NCBI GenBank assembly: GCA_964016885.1
Contig: OZ024758.1
Coordinates: 33,604,001-33,668,000, forward strand
DNA: 64,000 nt
Origin: Eledone cirrhosa
Lineage: Eukaryota
Direction: 5' to 3'
Shown: positions 1 to 11,400 of the stretch, piece by piece
Layout: every line of letters starts with the position of its first letter
Numbering within the stretch: position 1 is the first letter of the stretch
Translations under genes and position numbers: made by a program
Notes under the pieces: model-generated
Told to the model about the DNA's origin: nothing
Seen by the model: the letters and a program-made list of their open reading frames with translations, nothing else
Database searches by the model: none

Positions 1-89
1 AGTAACTCCACTGTTGGTGAGAATTCATTTAAGTCATGGTATTAGCTGTCAGAAGTAACTCCAATGTTGGTGAGAATTCATTTAAGTTC

Positions 90-143
90 ATGGTATTAGC
101 TGTCAGAAGTAACTCCACTGTTGGTGAGAATTCATTTAAGTTC
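90..143 (+). repeat. Representative consensus 54-bp monomer (contains EcoRI GAATTC, AluI AGCT and MseI TTAA sites)
   Basis: Read directly from the sequence. Composition is 15 A, 19 T, 12 G, 8 C, with no CG dinucleotide. Confidence 0.97.
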
Positions 144-739
144 ATGGTATTAGCTGTCAGAAGTAACTCCACTGTTGGTGAGAATTCATTTAAGTTCATG
201 GTATTAGCTGTCAGAAGGAACTCCACTGTTGGTGAGAATTCATTTAAGTTCATGGTACTAGCTGTCAGAAGTAACTCCACTGTTGGTTAGAATTCATTTA
301 AGTTCATGGTATTAGCTGTCAGAAGTAACTCCACTGTTGGTGAGAATTCATTTAAGTTCATGGTATTAGCTGTCAGAAGGAACTCCAATGTTGGTGAGAA
401 TTCATTTAAGTCATGGTACTAGCTGTCAGAAGTAACTCCACTGTTGGTGAGAATTCATTTAAGTTCATGGTATTAGCTGTCAGAAGTAACTCCAATGTTG
501 GTGAGAATTCATTTAAGTTCATGGTATTAGCTGTCAGAAGTAACTCCACTGTTGGTGAGAATTCATTTAAGTTCATGGTATTAGCTGTCAGAAGTAACTC
601 CACTGTTGGTGAGAATTCATTTAAGTTCATGGTATTAGCTGTCAGAAGGAACTCCACTGTTGGTGAGAATTCATTTAAGTTCATGGTACTAGCTGTCAGA
701 AGTAACTCCACTGTTGGTTAGAATTCATTTAAGTTCATG

Positions 740-3700
740 GTATTAGCTGTCAGAAGTAACTCCACTGTTGGTGAGAATTCATTTAAGTTCATGGTATTAG
801 CTGTCAGAAGTAACTCCACTGTTGGTGAGAATTCATTTAAGTTCATGGTATTAGCTGTCAGAAGTAACTCCACTGTTGGTGAGAATTCATTTAAGTTCAT
901 GGTATTAGCTGTCAGAAGTAACTCCACTGTTGGTGAGAATTCATTTAAGTCATGGTATTAGCTGTCAGAAGTAACTCCAATGTTGGTGAGAATTCATTTA
1001 AGTTCATGGTATTAGCTGTCAGAAGTAACTCCACTGTTGGTGAGAATTCATTTAAGTTCATGGTATTAGCTGTCAGAAGTAACTCCACTGTTGGTGAGAA
1101 TTCATTTAAGTTCATGGTACTAGCTGTCAGAAGTAACTCCACTGTTGGTGAGAATTCATTTACGTTCATGGTATTAGTTTGTCAGAAGTAACTCCACTGT
1201 TGGTGAGAATTCATTTAAGTTCATAGTATTAGCTGTCAGAAGGAACGCCACTGTTGGTGAGAATTCATTTAAGTTCATGGTATTAGCTGTCAGAAGTAAC
1301 TCCACTGTTGGTGAGAATTCATTTAAGTTCATGGTACTAGCTGTCAGAAGTAACTCCAATGTTGGTGAGAATTCATTTAAGTTCATGGTATTAGCTGTCA
1401 GAAGGAACTCCACTGTTGGTGAGAATTCATTTAAGTTCATGGTATTAGCTGTCAGAAGTAACTCAATTGTTGGTGAGAATTCATTTAAGTCATGGTACTA
1501 GCTGTCAGAAGTAACTCCACTGTTGGTGAGAATTCATTTAAGTTCATGGTATTAGTTTGTCAGAAGTAACTCCACTGTTGGTGAGAATTCATTTAAGTCA
1601 TGGTATTAGTTGTCAGAAGTAACTCCAATGTTGGTGAGAATTCATTTAAGTTCATGGTACTAGCTGTCAGAAGTAACTCCATTGTTGGTGAGAATTCATT
1701 TAAGTTCATGGTACTAGCTGTCAGAAGTAACTCCACTGTTGGTGAGAATTCATTTAAGTTCATGGTATTAGTTTGTCAGAAGTAACTCCACTGTTGGTGA
1801 GAATTCATTTAAGTCATGGTATTAGTTGTCAGAAGTAACTCCAATGTTGGTGAGAATTCATTTAAGTCATGGTACTAGCTGTCAGAAGTAACTCCAATGT
1901 TGGTGAGAATTCATTTAAGTTCATGGTATTAGCTGTCAGAAGGAACTCCACTGTTGGTGAGAATTCATTTAAGTTCATGGTATTAGCTGTCAGAAGTAAC
2001 TCAACTGTTGGTGAGAATTCATTTAAGTTCATGGTACTAGCTGTCAGAAGTAACTCCAATGTTGGTGAGAATTCATTTAAGTTCATGGTATTAGCTGTCA
2101 GAAGTAACTCCACTGTTGGTGAGAATTCATTTAAGTCATGGTATTAGCTGTCAGAAGTAACTCCAATGTTGGTGAGAATTCATTTAAGTTCATGGTATTA
2201 GCTGTCAGAAGTAACTCCACTGTTGGTGAGAATTCATTTAAGTTCATGGTATTAGCTGTCAGAAGTAACTCCACTGTTGGTGAGAATTCATTTAAGTTCA
2301 TGGTATTAGCTGTCAGAAGGAACTCCACTGTTGGTGAGAATTCATTTAAGTTCATGGTACTAGCTGTCAGAAGTAACTCCACTGTTGGTGAGAATTCATT
2401 TAAGTTCATGGTATTAGCTGTCAGAAGTAACTCCACTGTTGGTGAGAATTCATTTAAGTTCATGGTATTAGCTGTCAGAAGGAACTCCAATGTTGGTGAG
2501 AATTCATTTACGTCATGGTACTAGCTGTCAGAAGTAACTCCACTGTTGGTGAGAATTCATTTAAGTTCATGGTATTAGCTGTCAGAAGGAACGCCACTGT
2601 TGGTGAGAATTCATTTAAGTTCATGGTATTAGCTGTCAGAAGTAACTCCACTGTTGGTGAGAATTCATTTAAGTTCATGGTACTAGCTGTCAGAAGTAAC
2701 TCCAATGTTGGTGAGAATTCATTTAAGTTCATGGTATTAGCTGTCAGAAGGAACTCCACTGTTGGTGAGAATTCATTTAAGTTCATGGTATTAGCTGTCA
2801 GAAGTAACTCCACTGTTGGTGAGAATTCATTTATGTTCATGGTACTAGTTGTCAGAAGTAACTCCACTGTTGGTGAGAATATATTTAAGTTCATGGTATT
2901 AGTTGTCAGAAGTAACTCCACTGTTGGTGAGAATTCATTTAAGTCATGGTATCAGTTGTCAGAAGTAACTCCAATGTTGGTGAGAATTCATTTAAGTTCA
3001 TGGTATTAGCTGTCAGAAGTAACTCCACTGTTGGTGAGAATTCATTTAAGTTCATGGTATTAGCTGTCAGAAGTAACTCCACTGTTGGTGAGAATTCATT
3101 TAAGTTCATGGTATTAGCTGTCAGAAGTAACTCCACTGTTGGTGAGAATTCATTTAAGTCATGGTATTAGCTGTCAGAAGTAACTCCAATGTTGGTGAGA
3201 ATTCATTTAAGTTCATGGTATTAGCTGTCAGAAGTAACTCCACTGTTGGTGAGAATTCATTTAAGTTCATGGTATTAGCTGTCAGAAGTAACTCCACTGT
3301 TGGTGAGAATTCATTTAAGTTCATGGTACTAGCTGTCAGAAGTAACTCCACTGTTGGTGAGAATTCATTTACGTTCATGGTATTAGTTTGTCAGAAGTAA
3401 CTCCACTGTTGGTGAGAATTCATTTAAGTTCATAGTATTAGCTGTCAGAAGGAACGCCACTGTTGGTGAGAATTCATTTAAGTTCATGGTATTAGCTGTC
3501 AGAAGTAACTCCACTGTTGGTGAGAATTCATTTAAGTTCATGGTACTAGCTGTCAGAAGTAACTCCAATGTTGGTGAGAATTCATTTAAGTTCATGGTAT
3601 TAGCTGTCAGAAGGAACTCCACTGTTGGTGAGAATTCATTTAAGTTCATGGTATTAGCTGTCAGAAGTAACTCAATTGTTGGTGAGAATTCATTTAAGTC

Positions 3701-4700
3701 ATGGTACTAGCTGTCAGAAGTAACTCCACTGTTGGTGAGAATTCATTTAAGTTCATGGTATTAGTTTGTCAGAAGTAACTCCACTGTTGGTGAGAATTCA
3801 TTTAAGTCATGGTATTAGTTGTCAGAAGTAACTCCAATGTTGGTGAGAATTCATTTAAGTTCATGGTACTAGCTGTCAGAAGTAACTCCATTGTTGGTGA
3901 GAATTCATTTAAGTTCATGGTACTAGCTGTCAGAAGTAACTCCACTGTTGGTGAGAATTCATTTAAGTTCATGGTATTAGTTTGTCAGAAGTAACTCCAC
4001 TGTTGGTGAGAATTCATTTAAGTCATGGTATTAGTTGTCAGAAGTAACTCCAATGTTGGTGAGAATTCATTTAAGTCATGGTACTAGCTGTCAGAAGTAA
4101 CTCCAATGTTGGTGAGAATTCATTTAAGTTCATGGTATTAGCTGTCAGAAGGAACTCCACTGTTGGTGAGAATTCATTTAAGTTCATGGTATTAGCTGTC
4201 AGAAGTAACTCAACTGTTGGTGAGAATTCATTTAAGTTCATGGTACTAGCTGTCAGAAGTAACTCCAATGTTGGTGAGAATTCATTTAAGTTCATGGTAT
4301 TAGCTGTCAGAAGTAACTCCACTGTTGGTGAGAATTCATTTAAGTCATGGTATTAGCTGTCAGAAGTAACTCCAATGTTGGTGAGAATTCATTTAAGTTC
4401 ATGGTATTAGCTGTCAGAAGTAACTCCACTGTTGGTGAGAATTCATTTAAGTTCATGGTATTAGCTGTCAGAAGGAACTCCACTGTTGGTGAGAATTCAT
4501 TTAAGTTCATGGTACTAGCTGTCAGAAGTAACTCCACTGTTGGTGAGAATTCATTTAAGTTCATGGTATTAGCTGTCAGAAGTAACTCCACTGTTGGTGA
4601 GAATTCATTTAAGTTCATGGTATTAGCTGTCAGAAGGAACTCCAATGTTGGTGAGAATTCATTTACGTCATGGTACTAGCTGTCAGAAGTAACTCCACTG
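740..4700. repeat. Higher-order duplication, 2,209-bp offset (about 41 monomers)
   Basis: Matching ORF starts at 952/3161, 1277/3486, 1600/3809, 1869/4078 and 2138/4347 are all offset by 2209, and the copies share TTTACG and CTCAATTG. A third partial copy starts at ~6122. Confidence 0.85.
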
Positions 4701-7700
4701 TTGGTGAGAATTCATTTATGTTCATGGTACTAGTTGTCAGAAGTAACTCCACTGTTGGTGAGAATATATTTAAGTTCATGGTATTAGTTGTCAGAAGTAA
4801 CTCCACTGTTGGTGAGAATTCATTTAAGTCATGGTATCAGTTGTCAGAAGTAACTCCAATGTTGGTGAGAATTCATTTAAGTTCATGGTACTAGCTGTCA
4901 GAAGTAACTCCACTGTTGGTGAGAATTCATTTAAGTTCATGGTATTAGCTGTCAGAAGTAACTCCACTGTTGGTGAGAATTCATTTAAGTCATGGTATTA
5001 GCTGTCAGAAGTAACTCCATTGTTGGTGAGCATTCATTTAAGTCATGGTACTAGCTGTCAGAAGTAACTCCACTGTTGGTGAGAATTCATTTAAGTTCAT
5101 GGTATTAGCTGTCAGAAGTCACTCCACTGTTGGTGAGAATTCATTTAAGTTCATGGTACTAGCTGTCAGAAGTAACTCCACTGTTGGTGAGAATTCATTT
5201 AAGTTCATGGTATTAGTTTGTCAGAAGTAACTCCACTGTTGGTGAGAATTCATTTAAGTCATGGTATTAGTTGTCAGAAGTAACTCCAATGTTGGTGAGA
5301 ATTCATTTAAGTCATGGTACTAGCTGTCAGAAGTAACTCCAATGTTGGTGAGAATTCATTTAAGTTCATGGTATTAGCTGTCAGAAGGAACTCCACTGTT
5401 GGTGAGAATTCATTTAAGTTCATGGTATTAGCTGTCAGAAGTAACTCCACTGTTGGTGAGAATTCATTTAAGTTCATGGTACTAGCTGTCAGAAGTAACT
5501 CCAACGTTGGTGAGAATTCATTTAAGTTCATGGTATTAGCTGTCAGAAGTAACTCCACTGTTGGTGAGAATTCATTTAAGTCATGGTATTAGCTGTCAGA
5601 AGTAACTCCACTGTTGGTGAGAATTCATTTAAGTTCATGGTATTAGCTGTCAGAAGTAACTCCACTGTTGGTGAGAATTCATTTAAGTTCATGGTACTAG
5701 CTGTCAGAAGTCACTCCACTGTTGGTGAGAATTCATTTAAGTTCATGGTATTAGCTGTCAGAAGTCACTCCACTGTTGGTGAGAATTCATTTAAGTTCAT
5801 GGTACTAGCTGTCAGAAGTAACCCCAATGTTTGTGAGAATTCATTTAAGTTCATGGTATTAGCTGTCAGAAGTCACTCCAATGTTGGTGAGAATTCATTT
5901 AAGTTCATGGTATTAGCTGTCAGAAGTAACTCCACTGTTGGTGAGAATTCATTTAAGTTCATGGTATTAGCTGTCAGAAGTAACTCCACTGTTGGTGAGA
6001 ATTCATTTAAGTTCATGGTATTAGCTGTCAGAAGTAACTCCACTGTTGGTGAGAATTCATTTAAGTTCATGGTATTAGCTGTCAGAAGTAACTCAACTGT
6101 TGGTGAGAATTCATTTAAGTCATGGTATTAGCTGTCAGAAGTAACTCCAATGTTGGTGAGAATTCATTTAAGTTCATGGTATTAGCTGTCAGAAGTAACT
6201 CCACTGTTGGTGAGAATTCATTTAAGTTCATGGTATTAGCTGTCAGAAGTAACTCCACTGTTGGTGAGAATTCATTTAAGTTCATGGTACTAGCTGTCAG
6301 AAGTAACTCCACTGTTGGTGAGAATTCATTTACGTTCATGGTATTAGTTTGTCAGAAGTAAGTCCACTGTTGGTGAGAATTCATTTAAGTTCATAGTATT
6401 AGCTGTCAGAAGGAACGCCACTGTTGGTGAGAATTCATTTAAGTTCATGGTATTAGCTGTCAGAAGTAACTCCACTGTTGGTGAGAATTCATTTAAGTTC
6501 ATGGTACTAGCTGTCAGAAGTAACTCCAATGTTGGTGAGAATTCATTTAAGTTCATGGTATTAGCTGTCAGAAGGAACTCCACTGTTGGTGAGAATTCAT
6601 TTAAGTTCATGGTATTACCTGTCAGAAGTAACTCAATTGTTGGTGAGAATTCATTTAAGTCATGGTACTAGCTGTCAGAAGTAACTCCACTGTTGGTGAG
6701 AATTCATTTAAGTTCATGGTATTAGTTTGTCAGAAGTAACTCCACTGTTGGTGAGAATTCATTTAAGTCATGGTATTAGTTGTCAGAAGTAACTCCAATG
6801 TTGGTGAGAATTCATTTAAGTTCATGGTACTAGCTGTCAGAAGTAACTCCATTGTTGGTGAGAATTCATTTAAGTTCATGGTACTAGCTGTCAGAAGTAA
6901 CTCCACTGTTGGTGAGAATTCATTTAAGTTCATGGTATTAGTTTGTCAGAAGTAACTCCACTGTTGGTGAGAATTCATTTAAGTCATGGTATTAGTTGTC
7001 AGAAGTAACTCCAATGTTGGTGAGAATTCATTTAAGTCATGGTACTAGCTGTCAGAAGTAACTCCAATGTTGGTGAGAATTCATTTAAGTTCATGGTATT
7101 AGCTGTCAGAAGGAACTCCACTGTTGGTGAGAATTCATTTAAGTTCATGGTATTAGCTGTCAGAAGTAACTCAACTGTTGGTGAGAATTCATTTAAGTCA
7201 TGGTATTAGCTGTCAGAAGTAACTCCACTGTTGGTGAGAATTCATTTAAGTCATGGTATTAGCTGTCAGAAATACTCCATTGTTGGTGAGCATTCATTTA
7301 AGTCATGGTACTAGCTGTCAGAAGTAACTCCACTGTTGGTGAGAATTCATTTAAGTTCATGGTATTAGCTATCAGAAGTCACTCCACTGTTGGTGAGAAT
7401 TCATTTAAGTTCATGGTACTAGCTGTCAGAAGTAACTCCACTGTTGGTGAGAATTCATTTAAGTTCATGGTATTAGTTTGTCAGAAGTAACTCCACTGTT
7501 GGTGAGAATTCATTTAAGTCATGGTATTAGTTGTCAGAAGTAACTCCAATGTTGGTGAGAATTCATTTAAGTCATGGTACTAGCTGTCAGAAGTAACTCC
7601 AATGTTGGTGAGAATTCATTTAAGTTCATGGTATTAGCTGTCAGAAGGAACTCCACTGTTGGTGAGAATTCATTTAAGTTCATGGTATTAGCTGTCAGAA

Positions 7701-8399
7701 GTAACTCCACTGTTGGTGAGAATTCATTTAAGTTCATGGTACTAGCTGTCAGAAGTAACCCCAATGTTGGTGAGAATTCATTTAAGTTCATGGTATTAGC
7801 TGTCAGAAGTAACTCCACTGTTGGTGAGAATTCATTTAAGTCATGGTATTAGCTGTCAGAAGTAACTCCACTGTTGGTGAGAATTCATTTAAGTTCATGG
7901 TATTAGCTGTCAGAAGTAACTCCACTGTTGGTGAGAATTCATTTAAGTTCATGGTACAAGCTGTCAGAAGTAACTCCAATGTTGGTGAGAATTCATTTAA
8001 GTTCATGGTATTAGCTGTCAGAAGGAACTCCACTGTTGGTGAGAATTCATTTAAGTTCATGGTATTAGCTGTCAGAAGTAACTCCATTGTTGGTGAGAAT
8101 TCATTTAAGTCATGGTACTAGCTGTCAGAAGTAACTCCACTGTTGGTGAGAATTCATTTAAGTTCATGGTATTAGTTTGTCAGAAGTAACTCCACTGTTG
8201 GTGCGAATTCATTTAAGTCATGGTATTAGTTGTCAGAAGTAACTCCAATGTTGGTGAGAATTCATTTAAGTTCATGGTACTAGCTGTCAGAAGTAACTCC
8301 ATTGTTGGTGAGAATTCATTTAAGTTCATGGTACTAGCTGTCAGAAGTAACTCCACTGTTGGTGAGAATTCATTTAAGTTCATGGTATTAGTTTGTCAG

Positions 8400-11300
8400 A
8401 AGTAACTCCACTGTTGGTGAGAATTCATTTAAGTCATGGTATTAGTTGTCAGAAGTAACTCCAATGCTGGTGAGAATTCATTTAAGTCATGGTACTAGCT
8501 GTCAGAAGTAACTCCAATGTTGGTGAGAATTCATTTAAGTTCATGGTATTAGCTGTCAGAAGGAACTCCACTGTTGGTGAGAATTCATTTAAGTTCATGG
8601 TATTAGCTGTCAGAAGTAACTCAACTGTTGGTGAGAATTCATTTAAGTTCATGGTACTAGCTGTCAGAAGTAACTCCAATGTTGGTGAGAATTCATTTAA
8701 GTTCATGGTATTAGCTGTCAGAAGTAACTCCACTGTTGGTGAGAATTCATTTAAGTCATGGTATTAGCTGTCAGAAGTAACTCCAATGTTGGTGAGAATT
8801 CATTTAAGTTCATGGTATTAGCTGTCAGAAGTAACTCCACTGTTGGTGAGAATTCATTTAAGTTCATGGTATTAGCTGTCAGAAGTAACTCCACTGTTGG
8901 TGAGAATTCATTTAAGTTCATGGTATTAGCTGTCAGAAGGAACTCCACTGTTGGTGAGAATTCATTTAAGTTCATGGTACTAGCTGTCAGAAGTAACTCC
9001 ACTGTTGGTTAGAATTCATTTAAGTTCATGGTATTAGCTGTCAGAAGTAACTCCACTGTTGGTGACAATTCATTTAAGTTCATGGTATTAGCTGTCAGAA
9101 GGAACTCCAATGTTGGTGAGAATTCATTTAAGTCATGGTACTAGCTGTCAGAAGTAACTCCACTGTTGGTGAGAATTCATTTAAGTTCATGGTATTAGCT
9201 GTCAGAAGTAACTCCAATGTTGGTGAGAATTCATTTAAGTTCATGGTATTAGCTGTCAGAAGTAACTCCACTGTTGGTGAGAATTCATTTAAGTTCATGG
9301 TATTAGCTGTCAGAAGTAACTCCACTGTTGGTGAGAATTCATTTAAGTTCATGGTATTAGCTGTCAGAAGGAACTCCACTGTTGGTGAGAATTCATTTAA
9401 GTTCATGGTACTAGCTGTCAGAAGTAACTCCACTGTTGGTTAGAATTCATTTAAGTTCATGATATTAGCTGTCAGAAGTAACTCCACTGTTGGTGAGAAT
9501 TCATTTAAGTTCATGGTATTAGCTGTCAGAAGGAACTCCAATGTTGGTGAGAATTCATTTAAGTCATGGTACTAGCTGTCAGAAGTAACTCCACTGTTGG
9601 TGAGAATTCATTTAAGTTCATGGTATTAGCTGTCAGAAGGAACGCCACTGTTGGTGAGAATTCATTTAAGTTCATGGTATTAGCTGTCAGAAGTAACTCC
9701 ACTGTTGGTGAGAATTCATTTAAGTTCATGGTACTAGCTGTCAGAAGTAACTCCAATGTTGGTGAGAATTCATTTAAGTTCATGGTATTAGCTGTCAGAA
9801 GGAACTCCACTGTTGGTGAGAATTCATTTAAGTTCATGGTATTAGCTGTCAGAAGTAACTCCACTGTTGGTGAGAATTCATTTAAGTTCATGGTACTAGC
9901 TGTCAGAAGTAACTCCACTGTTGGTGAGAATTCATTTAAGTTCATGGTATTAGTTTGTCAGAAGTAACTCCACTGTTGGTGAGAATTCATTTAAGTCATG
10001 GTATTAGTTGTCAGAAGTAACTCCAATGTTGGTGAGAATTCATTTAAGTCATGGTACTAGCTGTCAGAAGTAACTCCAATGTTGGTGAGAATTCATTTAA
10101 GTTCATGGTATTAGCTGTCAGAAGGAACTCCACTGTTGGTGAGAATTCATTTAAGTTCATGGTATTAGCTGTCAGAAGTAACTCAACTGTTGGTGAGAAT
10201 TCATTTAAGTTCATGGTACTAGCTGTCAGAAGTAACTCCAATGTTGGTGAGAATTCATTTAAGTTCATGGTATTAGCTGTCAGAAGTAACTCCACTGTTG
10301 GTGAGAATTCATTTAAGTCATGGTATTAGCTGTCAGAAGTAACTCCAATGTTGGTGAGAATTCATTTAAGTTCATGGTATTAGCTGTCAGAAGTAACTCC
10401 ACTGTTGGTGAGAATTCATTTAAGTTCATGGTATTAGCTGTCAGAAGTAACTCCACTGTTGGTAAGAATTCATTTAAGTTCATGGTATTAGCTGTCAGAA
10501 GGAACTCCACTGTTGGTGAGAATTCATTTAAGTTCATGGTACTAGCTGTCAGAAGTAACTCCACTGTTGGTTAGAATTCATTTAAGTTCATGGTATTAGC
10601 TGTCAGAAGTAACTCCACTGTTGGTGAGAATTCATTTAAGTTCATGGTATTAGCTGTCAGAAGGAACTCCAATGTTGGTGAGAATTCATTTAAGTCATGG
10701 TACTAGCTGTCAGAAGTAACTCCACTGTTGGTGAGAATTCATTTAAGTTCATGGTATTAGCTGTCAGAAGTAACTCCAATGTTGGTGAGAATTCATTTAA
10801 GTTCATGGTATTAGCTGTCAGAAGTAACTCCACTGTTGGTGAGAATTCATTTAAGTTCATGGTATTAGCTGTCAGAAGTAACTCCACTGTTGGTGAGAAT
10901 TCATTTAAGTTCATGGTATTAGCTGTCAGAAGGAACTCCACTGTTGGTGAGAATTCATTTAAGTTCATGGTACTAGCTGTCAGAAGTAACTCCACTGTTG
11001 GTTAGAATTCATTTAAGTTCATGGTATTAGCTGTCAGAAGTAACTCCACTGTTGGTGAGAATTCATTTAAGTTCATGGTATTAGCTGTCAGAAGGAACTC
11101 CAATGTTGGTGAGAATTCATTTAAGTCATGGTACTAGCTGTCAGAAGTAACTCCACTGTTGGTGAGAATTCATTTAAGTTCATGGTATTAGCTGTCAGAA
11201 GGAACGCCACTGTTGGTGAGAATTCATTTAAGTTCATGGTATTAGCTGTCAGAAGTAACTCCACTGTTGGTGAGAATTCATTTAAGTTCATGGTACTAGC

Positions 11301-11400
11301 TGTCAGAAGTAACTCCAATGTTGGTGAGAATTCATTTAAGTTCATGGTATTAGCTGTCAGAAGGAACTCCACTGTTGGTGAGAATTCATTTAAGTTCATG
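8400..11400. repeat. Higher-order duplication, 1,562-bp offset (about 29 monomers), with an internal 431-bp (8-mer) doublet
   Basis: ORF starts 8489/10051, 8758/10320, 9135/10697 and 9566/11128 are offset by 1562. The GGTTAG marker occurs in pairs 431 bp apart. Confidence 0.85.

Noticed and set aside
90-143. Internal 18-bp or 27-bp sub-repeat as the origin of the monomer
   Set aside because: Only short matches exist (CTGT twice 18 bp apart, TTCAT twice 10 bp apart). Thirds match at about 5-7 of 18 positions, close to chance.
280-295. Telomere-like GGTTAG motif
   Set aside because: It is a single G>T substitution in GGTGAG, never tandem, and not a telomeric tract.
2515-3009. N-glycosylation sequons (NST, NAT, NFT) suggesting a mucin-like or surface repeat protein
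   Set aside because: Common variants (NSN, NSI, HST) destroy the sequon, frameshifts are frequent, and there is no signal peptide or anchor.
7255-7285. Singleton oddities (AGAAATACTCC ~7270, GGTGAAATTC ~59555, GTAAATCTATG ~62610, TAGTTTTGTC ~45580)
   Set aside because: These are isolated small indels or substitutions within normal monomers. They cannot be told apart from private mutations or consensus errors and are not insertions of foreign sequence.
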